From the sequence record SRR31156797_6344: DNA of 64,000 nt. One strand, written 5' to 3'. The notes below the pieces were generated by a model. That model did not search any database, was not told where the DNA came from, and saw only the letters and a program-made list of their open reading frames with translations. Both the position numbers and the translations under genes were made by a program. Below are positions 17,764 to 27,375 of the stretch, in pieces. Position 1 is the stretch's first letter, and every line of letters begins with the position of its first letter.

Positions 17764-18750
17764 ATGCGAAGAGTTGGCTTTTCAGTTGTCATTCCTACTT
17801 GTAACAGACCTCAGTTGGCCTTACGAGCGGTAAAAAGTGTACTGAATCAATCTTATGATGCCATTGAAATAATCGTTGTTAATAATGGTTCATCGTGCGC
17901 AGCTAAGGTTGAGTACGACGCGCTGTTTAATGATTTGAAAGACAAAATTACTTACATAGATTTAAATAATGATTACGAAATTGGCTTTGGACCTTCTGTC
18001 GCGAGAAACATTGCGGTAAGAATAGCCACAAATGAGTATATCGCGTTTTGCGATGACGACGACGAATGGATTAATGTTGACTACCTACAAACTGTATCAG
18101 AGTTTTTAGCCGTTTATCCTCAGGAAATTATATTTTCTGATCAACAAGCGGTTTCGTTTGATGGGACTCTCGTTAAAAAAAGTTGGTTTAATAGAGATAA
18201 GTTAACCCACTCGCCCCAAGTAGATGACTTCGATGGCTTTTTCAATGTTCCTATCAGCTACTTTTACCGAAATGGCGGTTTCCCTCACTTAAACTCAACG
18301 ATTTATAGTAGAGCGTTGTTTCTAGAAAATAATGGCTTTTGTAAGTTTATCGATTATGAAGAAGATTTTGAATTGTTCCATAGGTTGGGCGCTAAAGTTG
18401 ATTCGTTAGTTTATTGGGACGCAGTAGTAAGCCGTCATTTTATACCTGAGCAACGTTTAAATTCTAATTTAACAACAAAAATGAGCTGGCTACATAAACT
18501 AAAAAATAGATTGTATATATGTAATCTATTGATATTCAATAGTGATGGAAACAAGGAGCTAGTGAGTTTTTCCATTGAACATGGAAACTACACTATTAAA
18601 ACGATTATAGAAAATTCGCTTAGTGATGGTGAACAGCTATTAGCCTTATCTATGGCAAAGCAGTTATTAGGATGGCAAGGTTTTTCGTGTAAAAATATCA
18701 TCTATTATCTTAATGTTAAGTTAAGAGTATTTAAGAAGAGGGTTGGATGA
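17764..18750 (+). CDS. Glycosyltransferase family 2
   Basis: FSVVIPTCNR, SVLNQ, GPSVARN, AFCDDDD, EED. Confidence 0.9.
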   Translation: MRRVGFSVVIPTCNRPQLALRAVKSVLNQSYDAIEIIVVNNGSSCAAKVEYDALFNDLKDKITYIDLNNDYEIGFGPSVARNIAVRIATNEYIAFCDDDDEWINVDYLQTVSEFLAVYPQEIIFSDQQAVSFDGTLVKKSWFNRDKLTHSPQVDDFDGFFNVPISYFYRNGGFPHLNSTIYSRALFLENNGFCKFIDYEEDFELFHRLGAKVDSLVYWDAVVSRHFIPEQRLNSNLTTKMSWLHKLKNRLYICNLLIFNSDGNKELVSFSIEHGNYTIKTIIENSLSDGEQLLALSMAKQLLGWQGFSCKNIIYYLNVKLRVFKKRVG

Positions 18751-18795
18751 TTAATTTTTCATTAACAAGGTATTTGACGAAACTTTGGTGCGACA

Positions 18796-20280
18796 ATGAC
18801 TAGTAAAATGAATGTTGTTCTAAAAGCCTCTTTTTGGGTGATAATATTTTCATGGTACTCGAGAATATTATCTTTGCTTACTGTCGTTGTGTTAGCGAGG
18901 AGTTTGTCAAAAGAAGATTTTGGTATTCTAGCCGGGTGTTTTGTGATTAAAAATTTTTTTAATGCAATTTCTAGCACGGGTGTTAGTGAGTATGTCATTA
19001 GAAAAAACAAAATAACGTCAGATGATATTAATACAGCATGGACAATTCACTTTTTCTCAAGAAATGCGATGGCGTTATTAATATTTTCTACATCTGAATA
19101 TGCGGCCACATTTATGGGGATACCTGAGTTAGGTTTAATTCTTAAAGTTGTATCTCTGTCAGCAGTTTTCCAAAGTGTTTACAATTTGGGTGAGTTGGTT
19201 GAGTCCAAGCGCTTAAATTATAGTAAAATATCTAGTTTACAAGCGATTGCTAGAACCATTTCCAGTACAGTGTCTATTTGTCTTGCTATCTATTATGAAA
19301 GTTATTGGGCCGTTGTAATTGCTGAAGTGTTGTTTTATTTCATTCACACTTTGCTTACCCATATTGCCTATGACCACAAATTACGCTTTGTTACGAATAA
19401 TATTGGTCTGCAGTGGGGGTTCTCAAAATGGGTGATATTAAAGGGTATAGTTGGCTATATTAAAACAGCATTTGATAAAATTGTCGTAAGTAAAAATAAT
19501 TCTGTCGCAGATTTAGGTGTTTACAACTTTTCGATGGAAATTGCATCAACAGTGTCTAACTTATTAATAACACCGGTTAGTAAATTGATTTATCCTAGCT
19601 TGTCTAGCTATGTAGATGATAAGGCAATGTTAGTTGACAAAGTATACAAGTCACTATTAATTCTCTCTACGTTATATTTGCCAGTCGTCTTTGGTGGAGT
19701 CTTTTTGTCAGATGTTATTGTGCCGACAGTTTTTGGTGCTAAGTGGGAAGATGCTGTTCCTCTTTTTAACTTATTCTTACCAATGACATTTGCAGGAATG
19801 TTTATTCGAGTGTTAACAAGTGTGTTTACATTAACGGGTAAAGTCAAACGTCAGTTTGTTTATGAGTTGATAACATCACTATGTTTTCTACTGGTCATAG
19901 TTAACTTGTCAAAAATGTCTCTCTTAGATTTTGCATTTTACCGACATCTGATACCTTTTGTTATGTTAACTGCTCTTATCTTTGTGTTGCAACGTATCAT
20001 CCCGATTCGTCTGACTAAGCTCATCGCTATTTTATCGTTACCACTAATTTCTTCGGTAACTATGTTACTATCCTTGAGCTGCCTAAATATATTTGTGGAA
20101 AAAAACAAACCTATTAGTTATTTAATTTTAAATATTTCAGAAGGTGCTGTTGTGTATCTGATTTGTACAATAATTTTACTGAATGTTACCAAGAAGTTCG
20201 TGCCTGAGTACGATTTCTTATATAAAAGTTTTATTAGTCCAATTTCCAACTATATTAAAAGTAAAAGGTCACTAATTTAA
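18796..20280 (+). CDS. wzx: Oligosaccharide flippase (Wzx, PST family) 2
   Basis: VLARSLSKEDFG, SYWAVV, FGAKW; paralogous to 11876-13375. Confidence 0.88.
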   Translation: MTSKMNVVLKASFWVIIFSWYSRILSLLTVVVLARSLSKEDFGILAGCFVIKNFFNAISSTGVSEYVIRKNKITSDDINTAWTIHFFSRNAMALLIFSTSEYAATFMGIPELGLILKVVSLSAVFQSVYNLGELVESKRLNYSKISSLQAIARTISSTVSICLAIYYESYWAVVIAEVLFYFIHTLLTHIAYDHKLRFVTNNIGLQWGFSKWVILKGIVGYIKTAFDKIVVSKNNSVADLGVYNFSMEIASTVSNLLITPVSKLIYPSLSSYVDDKAMLVDKVYKSLLILSTLYLPVVFGGVFLSDVIVPTVFGAKWEDAVPLFNLFLPMTFAGMFIRVLTSVFTLTGKVKRQFVYELITSLCFLLVIVNLSKMSLLDFAFYRHLIPFVMLTALIFVLQRIIPIRLTKLIAILSLPLISSVTMLLSLSCLNIFVEKNKPISYLILNISEGAVVYLICTIILLNVTKKFVPEYDFLYKSFISPISNYIKSKRSLI

Positions 20281-20324
20281 TAGGATTTTGACTATGTTGA
20301 TGTTTGATCAGTTAAGGGATTGCT

Positions 20325-21191
20325 ATGTACGATAATGCTTACTTGATTTTGTTATATAATAAAGAGGTTTTTCAAAGTAAGACATTTGTGTCTCTAATTT
20401 CAGCTGATTACTTCAATGAGCGTTCAATTGTTATCATTTGGAACAATGGACCAAATAATATTGATGTTGATATTTGTAAAGAAAAATTGGTTAAACACTA
20501 CTCTGTAGAAGTTATTGAAACGATAGATAACATAGGACTAGCTGAAATTTATAATACATTTATTTCAAGAGTTGAAGCTAAGCGATATGTGATATTTGAT
20601 GATGATACTGTTTTAAATGGCGAGTATTTAAAATCGATTGATAATGTCGAAATTGATGAGTCTGCAACGCCAATTATATGCCATGGAGATTCTAGAGTAG
20701 AGCCAGTTATTAACGGAAAAATATACAAAGGACCACCGACGCGTTTAAGTGAGGATACTAAAAAAATAACTTCGATTGCCAGCGGCCTAGTTATTGGTTC
20801 TCGATTTGCGAAGCGAGTACAAAGACAGTTTGGAAAGGTTTTTGATGAAAGGTTTATTCTGTATGGAGTCGATGCGAGCTTTTTTTATCGAATTAACCAT
20901 ATGAAGTTGGCCTATAAATTTTTAGTATTGCCTCAATTAACACATTCACTTTCTAGACTTGAGAAAGAATCTGAACAAATGACAAAGTTTCGAGTTATTG
21001 AGAGAGCAAACGCCCATGCACTATTGACTCGATATTATCGACCATTTTTATTTGCATGGCGATCAGTTATTGTTTCTATTTTTAAATATTCTGTTAAGAG
21101 AATATTTAATATTGAAGACGATCTTCATTTGAAGTGCTATATCGTCGCATTTCTAAGAGGAAAGCATTATAGAAGCAAAAGCTTTAAATAG
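20325..21191 (+). CDS. Divergent GT-A (GT2-like) glycosyltransferase
   Basis: LILLYN, IWNNGP, NIGLAEIYN, IFDDDT, FDERFILYGVD. Confidence 0.72.
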   Translation: MYDNAYLILLYNKEVFQSKTFVSLISADYFNERSIVIIWNNGPNNIDVDICKEKLVKHYSVEVIETIDNIGLAEIYNTFISRVEAKRYVIFDDDTVLNGEYLKSIDNVEIDESATPIICHGDSRVEPVINGKIYKGPPTRLSEDTKKITSIASGLVIGSRFAKRVQRQFGKVFDERFILYGVDASFFYRINHMKLAYKFLVLPQLTHSLSRLEKESEQMTKFRVIERANAHALLTRYYRPFLFAWRSVIVSIFKYSVKRIFNIEDDLHLKCYIVAFLRGKHYRSKSFK

Positions 21192-21287
21192 TTCAGTACA
21201 TAGCATGCTGGGTATTATACTATTAGGAAATATTTGAAATATTAGGTAAGAAATTAGTCCTAACAGCTTAAAGAAACCATTCAAGGA

Positions 21288-22193
21288 GTGAAGATGATTA
21301 AGGGAGTTAAAGACGATATTGAAATGTCAGATGAGCGTGCTCAGTTTCTTTTCGGCCGAGGGGGCTGGCCTGCCTTTCATCGTATTGATTACGATATTGA
21401 AAACCTTTTTAATGCTGCAGAGCAATGGAAAAAAGATTTAGAAGGCTTGGATAAAGCATGGCTAGTTTGGAACGCGCATGACGATTGGTGTATTGTGCAG
21501 CAAAAAATGATAGAACGTGCTGGTTGGACGCCATTAGTGGGTTGTGACCCACGTGTAGGAAAGCCGAGCAGTTTATCGAAAAATGCTATTTTCTATGATT
21601 TCAATAAATCTCTTCAGCTTCCATTTTTGCACCCCGTATTCGTGTTGGAGTTTGTGTTTTTATTTATCGATAAGTTAGCATTTTGGCATTCTGACCTACT
21701 TCTACCAGACGAAAAGATGCTTAAGTTAGCTCAAACCTTTGAACAGTTACAGGATGGACAGACGTGTGCGGTGAAGCACTGGCATAGAAAACGTTTTTGG
21801 CGAAAACCTCAAAGGGCATGGGAGTTGGTTGGCTGTACAACAAGGTCTGCTTCAAAGCATCAATTCGAGGTAGGCGCTGGTTGGTGGAGTAATATACATG
21901 CGCATATTAATTGCCAATCTGAAGCAGAAGCGATGTTCAGAAAGGAGAAAGTCAACTGGGATCACGGTGCCGGAATAAAGTATTGGAAGGATAAGTACAA
22001 AGGTGATCTTAAATATATTCCTTTAGAGTACGTTGAGAAAGGACATTTCTCACCAACTTCACACCCTAATTTATTTGTACGTAAAAAGCATGATATTGGT
22101 AGGAACCTTCAAGAACAGTTAGATTCACAATCTGGTGTTGAGTTAGCTTGTGAAAAAGTAGGAATTGATTTTAAAGAGTTGATGTCAAGCTAA
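21288..22193 (+). CDS. Hypothetical Trp/His-rich soluble protein in the glycan cassette
   Basis: 301-aa ORF with RBS AAGGAG, co-oriented with neighbours; no family recognised. Confidence 0.75.
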   Translation: MKMIKGVKDDIEMSDERAQFLFGRGGWPAFHRIDYDIENLFNAAEQWKKDLEGLDKAWLVWNAHDDWCIVQQKMIERAGWTPLVGCDPRVGKPSSLSKNAIFYDFNKSLQLPFLHPVFVLEFVFLFIDKLAFWHSDLLLPDEKMLKLAQTFEQLQDGQTCAVKHWHRKRFWRKPQRAWELVGCTTRSASKHQFEVGAGWWSNIHAHINCQSEAEAMFRKEKVNWDHGAGIKYWKDKYKGDLKYIPLEYVEKGHFSPTSHPNLFVRKKHDIGRNLQEQLDSQSGVELACEKVGIDFKELMSS

Positions 22194-22288
22194 TATCAGT
22201 CCTAAGGCGTCAACGGGAAATGGTAGAAAATAACTCTGTCATATTAAAAATCTATTGTTCGCATAGTTATAAAGGAAAATATAAATAG

Positions 22289-23476
22289 ATGAAAGATTTA
22301 GTGTTATATGGGGCATTTGACCGCTATAACTATGGTGATAATTTAATGCCAATTGTCATGGAGATGTTTTTTGAAAAATACTATCAAGAAAGTTTATCGA
22401 ATTGGCGAGTTCGATATGCATCAATAAGTAAATCAGATTTGTCTCAATATAAATGCCGAGAAACAGAATCGATTGAATCTATGTTAGATGATTTGTCTCC
22501 TGACTCTGTAGTGATAGTAGTGGGTGGAGAAGTGTTATGTGCTAGAAATTCTGGGTTATATATGCATATGCATGAGTATGGTTTTAAGTTTCGTATGCTG
22601 CGACTTCTGAGTAAGCGGGTGAGCTCGGTTTTTGAACATATATCGAATAAATATTATGGGACACCATGGGAGTTCCCTTATATACCTTGTCAGTCAGAGT
22701 TTAAGAATGATGTTAGCATTTATTACAATACGGTTGGTGGAGGGATAAGACACCTTGATGATAAAGACAAGATAACTGTCAGTCGTCGCTTGAAAGGCGC
22801 TAAGTATGTTTCTGTAAGGGATTATCGTACTGAAGATAGTTTGTCCCAACATGTAAAACCGACTGTAAGCCCGGACTCTGTCTTAATGTTACCGGATCTC
22901 GTTAATGATTACTTCCTTGAGCAACATGTTAGCGAAACAGTTAAAGCTAGTTGTAATGATGAGTTTTTAGTCTTCCAGGTGTCACCAAATAAGATTCGAG
23001 AATCAGTTGATGATATTTGTCGATATCTAGAGGCCATTGCAACTCACTCAAATTTAAAAATCATACTATTGCCGATAGGTTATGCTTCAGGACACGATGA
23101 TTATCAACTGCTAAAAAGTATCAACAAAAGATTAAAAGTCGAGCATGAGATACTGTATGAGCTAAGTGTTTGGGAGATATTATATGTAATTAAGTCTTCT
23201 GGACTGTTTGTTGGTACCAGCTTGCATGGCGTAATAACCGCCATGGCGTATGGTATCCCACATTATGGTCTGAATAAAAAACTAACTAAACTCGATAATT
23301 TTCTTAAAACATGGTCAATATATCCCTTCAATCAGTGTTATTCACTTCCTGATATTGTCGAACTCAATACTAATAAAAAGGTCGAACTTGATTTACTAAG
23401 AAAAAATGCAGATATACTTATTGATAAAGTTAGAAGCAACAACAAGAAGATATCAGACCTGATTTTTAACTCTTAA
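22289..23476 (+). CDS. Polysaccharide pyruvyltransferase family protein
   Basis: GAFDRYNYGD, VGGE, VSVRD, PDS, GTSLHGVITAMAYGIP. Confidence 0.85.
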   Translation: MKDLVLYGAFDRYNYGDNLMPIVMEMFFEKYYQESLSNWRVRYASISKSDLSQYKCRETESIESMLDDLSPDSVVIVVGGEVLCARNSGLYMHMHEYGFKFRMLRLLSKRVSSVFEHISNKYYGTPWEFPYIPCQSEFKNDVSIYYNTVGGGIRHLDDKDKITVSRRLKGAKYVSVRDYRTEDSLSQHVKPTVSPDSVLMLPDLVNDYFLEQHVSETVKASCNDEFLVFQVSPNKIRESVDDICRYLEAIATHSNLKIILLPIGYASGHDDYQLLKSINKRLKVEHEILYELSVWEILYVIKSSGLFVGTSLHGVITAMAYGIPHYGLNKKLTKLDNFLKTWSIYPFNQCYSLPDIVELNTNKKVELDLLRKNADILIDKVRSNNKKISDLIFNS

Positions 23477-23610
23477 CGATAGAGAAATTTTCTCTATAGA
23501 GTGGTACCCGAACTGTCAGTTCTCTACTAGTAGTATAATAGGAAACTTACATTGGAAGTTAAAAATTGTAAAAAATTACAGAGTATTTCTTAGGTGGATG
23601 TTTCTCAGTA

Positions 23611-23636
23611 TCCCCATACTGTTTAAGCTATGGGGA
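23611..23636. terminator. Hairpin between convergent operons
   Basis: tccccata-N10-tatgggga; no clear U-tract. Confidence 0.35.
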
Positions 23637-23649
23637 GTAATGGTTAAAG

Positions 23650-24381
23650 TTAAACAATATTTTCGGCTATCTTAAAGTAATTGTTAGCCTTGTGGTAATC
23701 CTCGGGGACACCTATATCAATAAAATAGCCATCTACTAGATTTGAATATAAATTTATATCCTTAGTGTTTTTCTCTAGAAAATCTTGTTCAAACGAAAAT
23801 TTTTTGCTTTTAGGAAATTTTGATAACAGTTTCTTTGAAGTGATATAAACACCTACGTTTATGTTTCCTGATGTGGCGTTTTTTTTCTCTTCAAAATTTG
23901 TTATTTTACCATTGCTATCAACCATTACTCTTCCATAACGATCTGTATTCTCTAAGGGTTTTAGTCCCATCACTAGAGTACTCTGATTTTCTAAATAAGT
24001 ATCAATCATACTTGTGACATCATACTCTGAAAAAGTATCCCCATTCAGTAAAAGCACTAAATCAGAGTCGTCTTTCATGTTCTGTAAAGTTAATTTGATA
24101 GCCCCTCCAGTCCCTAGAGGTTCATTTTCAATAGAATATCCGAGTGTTAACTGCTTATACTTTTCTCCAAAGTGTTCTATGATCATATCACTTTGATGTG
24201 ATACCGCCAAAATAGCTTTTGTAACACCTTGAACTAAAATGTAATCAAGTAAATATTCTAAAAACGGTCTACCAGCGACACTTACCATTGGTTTTGGTAT
24301 TTTATCATTTGTGACAGAATGCAAGCGTGTACCTAATCCACCACATAATACTATTGCTGTGACGTTTTCGGGCTTAACCAC
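23650..24381 (-). CDS. hddC: D-glycero-alpha-D-manno-heptose 1-phosphate guanylyltransferase
   Basis: LCGGLGTRL, PKPM, EPLGTGGA, NGDT, FIDIGVPEDY; in an operon with gmhA and hddA. Confidence 0.85.
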   Translation of the reverse strand: MVKPENVTAIVLCGGLGTRLHSVTNDKIPKPMVSVAGRPFLEYLLDYILVQGVTKAILAVSHQSDMIIEHFGEKYKQLTLGYSIENEPLGTGGAIKLTLQNMKDDSDLVLLLNGDTFSEYDVTSMIDTYLENQSTLVMGLKPLENTDRYGRVMVDSNGKITNFEEKKNATSGNINVGVYITSKKLLSKFPKSKKFSFEQDFLEKNTKDINLYSNLVDGYFIDIGVPEDYHKANNYFKIAENIV

Positions 24382-24955
24382 TAAAGTATTCCTTCTCTAC
24401 GTATGAACAAATCATATGACCAATCAAAATGTGTGACTCTTGTATTCTTGCAGTGTGTGTGGATGGAACTTGAATACAAATATCACAGTAATTGGGTATA
24501 TCGCCTCCATAACCGGCTAAGCCTATCGTTGTTAAACCTTTCTGTTTAGCTTCCGTCATGGCTAGTAAGATATTAGCGGAATTACCCGAGGTGCTAATAC
24601 CAATAAAAACGTCACCGGGTTGGCCATTAGCTTGAACTTGTCGAGCAAAAAGCTTTTCAAATCCGTAATCATTTCCTATGGCAGTCAGGATTGAAGTATC
24701 TGTTGTTAATGCTAGAGCGGGTAATCCAGGACGATCGAACTCGAATCGGCTGACAAATTCTGCTGCAATATGTTGTGAATCTGCTGCACTGCCTCCATTT
24801 CCTGCAAGTATAATTTTGTTACCGCGCTTGTAGGCTTCTAAGCATCTTTCGCTAGCTTCAATCAGCTTAGACATGGCTAAAACGTCATTGAGAAGTGCTT
24901 GTTTTACAGCTATAGAGCTCTCAATATGTTTTTGAAAGAAATCTAAACTCGCCAT
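24374..24955 (-). CDS. gmhA: Phosphoheptose (sedoheptulose-7-phosphate) isomerase
   Basis: GNGGSAADSQHIAAE, TAIGNDYGF, ISTSGNS, RIQESH. Confidence 0.95.
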   Translation of the reverse strand: MASLDFFQKHIESSIAVKQALLNDVLAMSKLIEASERCLEAYKRGNKIILAGNGGSAADSQHIAAEFVSRFEFDRPGLPALALTTDTSILTAIGNDYGFEKLFARQVQANGQPGDVFIGISTSGNSANILLAMTEAKQKGLTTIGLAGYGGDIPNYCDICIQVPSTHTARIQESHILIGHMICSYVEKEYFSG

Positions 24956-25971
24956 GATTCAGTTCCTTGTTGAGTGAAACGAAAAGGTTGTACTTTGCCA
25001 TCTAACTCGTTAAGAAGGCGTTCAACTTGAACACGATGTATTGGGTCCACAAATAGCATCATGAAACCGCCGCCACCAGCACCACTAATCTTTAGAGACT
25101 TAGCGCCTGCACTGATCACTTTATCGGCAATGGTCTCGATGTGCTTGGTAGATATTGAGTTAGATGTCGATTTTTTCGCTACCCATGCTTCTTTAAACAG
25201 TTCAGACATGCCGTCAATGTTTGATCGTAACAAACACTCTTTCATATCATAGGAAAGTTTTTTGACTTCATGCATCGCTTCGAGCGCTTTACTATCATCA
25301 GAGGATGTGCTTTTAACTTGGTCATCAATAATTTTTGCCGAAGATCGTGATACCCCAGTAAAAAATAGCACGAGCTGACTTTCTAACTCATTAATAATAT
25401 TTTGCTTTATTCTTAGTGGGTTAACTATCACTCTTCCTTGCTCGTAGAACTCCATAAAGTTAAAACCGCCAAAAGTAGTGGCATATTGATCTTGTTTACC
25501 ACCAGCTAGGTTGCAGTCCAATCGTTCAATTTCATAAGCCATCCGCGCAATATCGTATTCACTTAAAGGTAGCTGAAGTAACTCCTGATATGCGCTTATG
25601 ATCGTTACCACCATTGTTGATGAAGAACCTAAACCACTACCAGGAGGCGCATCGGAAAAGGTATAAACTTTAACAGGTAGGGGTTGACCGTTGTTATAGT
25701 CTCGAACGATGCGGTTATAGACGGCTTTATGAAGAGTTAAATCGCCACATGCGTCCAGTTCCGCTACTAGAGGAGAGTGGAACTCCTTATCAATGTCTTG
25801 AGCAATAAAAGTGATGCCATCATGGGTATCAAGCAGTTCAATCGTACAGTATGCATACATGTTAATGGTTGCGTTTAACACACAACCACCAAATGTATCG
25901 CAATAAGGAGATAAGTCGGTACCTCCGCCAGCCAGTCCTAGTCGAAGCGGGGAGCGAGAACGAACGATCAT
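24943..25971 (-). CDS. hddA: D-glycero-alpha-D-manno-heptose 7-phosphate kinase (GHMP family)
   Basis: PLRLGLAGGGTD, PPGSGLGSSS, GGKQDQY, KISGAGGGGF. Confidence 0.92.
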   Translation of the reverse strand: MIVRSRSPLRLGLAGGGTDLSPYCDTFGGCVLNATINMYAYCTIELLDTHDGITFIAQDIDKEFHSPLVAELDACGDLTLHKAVYNRIVRDYNNGQPLPVKVYTFSDAPPGSGLGSSSTMVVTIISAYQELLQLPLSEYDIARMAYEIERLDCNLAGGKQDQYATTFGGFNFMEFYEQGRVIVNPLRIKQNIINELESQLVLFFTGVSRSSAKIIDDQVKSTSSDDSKALEAMHEVKKLSYDMKECLLRSNIDGMSELFKEAWVAKKSTSNSISTKHIETIADKVISAGAKSLKISGAGGGGFMMLFVDPIHRVQVERLLNELDGKVQPFRFTQQGTESWRV

Positions 25972-26157
25972 GTTATAAAGCCTTCCTTATGCTCTGGTTA
26001 TTCAGTGACTTAGTTTTGTTTTGGATGTATTAATAAACTTGATCAAGTAGTGATTGTTTATTTTGTTAATTTAGAGATATTCATTAATTTAAAGTAGAAA
26101 CAAAAGATAAAAAACGCTACTGTATTTTTAAGTTTTTATTTAGGTTAACGGGATGAT

Positions 26158-27279
26158 ATGCAAACAAAAAAAATACACATTTGTCATCTAGTTTATAGCT
26201 TTGATGTCGGTGGATTGGAACGAATTATCGTTAATTGCATTAATCATCTCAATAGTGAGATTTTTCATCACACGATAATATCATTAACGGACACGGGTCA
26301 GTTTATTAACGAGTTGAATTCTCCTATCGATCATTATTCTCTAAATAAGAAATCTGGTAATGACTTTTCTATTTATAAAAAACTCTATTCACTACTTAAA
26401 GATTTACAGCCCGATGTATTACATAGTTATAATTTGGGAACGATTGAATATCAATGGGTAGGGCTGTTGGCAAAAGTTCCTAGGCGGATACACGCAGAAC
26501 ATGGACGTGACAGTTATGACCCCAAAGGGGTGGTAAAAAAATATCAATATCTAAGGAGATTATGCAGTTTTGCTATTCATAAAGTTGTCACTGTATCTGA
26601 GGATCTTGAGCAATGGTTAGCGCATGATGTTTTAATCCCCGAGAAAAAGTTGGAGCTTGTTGTAAATGGTGTTGATACAGAGTACTTCAACGCTGAATCT
26701 GATGGGCACCTTCAGCCTAAACCGCACTCAGATAAGTTCGTTTTTGGTCATGTTGCAAGACTGCATGCAATAAAAAATCAAAGATTTTTCCTTCAGGCCT
26801 TCTCAATCGCTTGCCAGAGTTCAGAAGACTTTTCGAGAAACTGTATGTTAGTTGTTGTTGGCGACGGTCCGGATAGGGAGCAGTTAAATCAATATGTTAT
26901 GGAAAATCCAGCGTTGGTTTCTAGGGTTGTTTTTGTCGGTTCTCAATCAAACGTTAAAGAATATTATCACCAGTTTGATGTTTTTCTTATGTCCTCTATC
27001 GCTGAAGGCATTCCGATGACGCTATTGGAGTCAATGTCGATGGAAATCCCTCATCTAGTGACTCGGGTTGGTGGAATTAATGAAGTGATTTGTGAAGGGG
27101 AAACGGGTTTATCTGTCGTTGCTGATGATTTGGACGGGTATGTTCATTCGATGCTGGCTCTGTATGAGAGTCCTGACTATAAAGTAACGTTAGGTCGACA
27201 AGCTCGAGAGCGAGTCGTGGAAAAGTTTAGCCAAAAGCAGATGATTGCTTCCTATAATAAGCTTTACATTAAGGATTAG
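26158..27279 (+). CDS. GT4 glycosyltransferase, XrtA/PEP-CTERM-associated type
   Basis: GGLERII, HAEHGRD, NGVD, EGIPMTLLE. Confidence 0.9.
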   Translation: MQTKKIHICHLVYSFDVGGLERIIVNCINHLNSEIFHHTIISLTDTGQFINELNSPIDHYSLNKKSGNDFSIYKKLYSLLKDLQPDVLHSYNLGTIEYQWVGLLAKVPRRIHAEHGRDSYDPKGVVKKYQYLRRLCSFAIHKVVTVSEDLEQWLAHDVLIPEKKLELVVNGVDTEYFNAESDGHLQPKPHSDKFVFGHVARLHAIKNQRFFLQAFSIACQSSEDFSRNCMLVVVGDGPDREQLNQYVMENPALVSRVVFVGSQSNVKEYYHQFDVFLMSSIAEGIPMTLLESMSMEIPHLVTRVGGINEVICEGETGLSVVADDLDGYVHSMLALYESPDYKVTLGRQARERVVEKFSQKQMIASYNKLYIKD

Positions 27280-27282
27280 TAT

Positions 27283-27375
27283 ATGTTCGAGGGAATATTA
27301 TTTCTTGGTTGTTTAATTCTATTTATTTACCTGTCAAATCAAGCACTCCACAACGATTTAGAAAAGGATGAGTAA
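27283..27375 (+). CDS. Putative 30-aa single-pass membrane microprotein
   Basis: MFEGILFLGCLILFIYLSNQALHNDLEKDE; AAGGA RBS upstream; starts 3 nt after the previous stop and its TAA abuts the next ATG. Confidence 0.6.
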   Translation: MFEGILFLGCLILFIYLSNQALHNDLEKDE

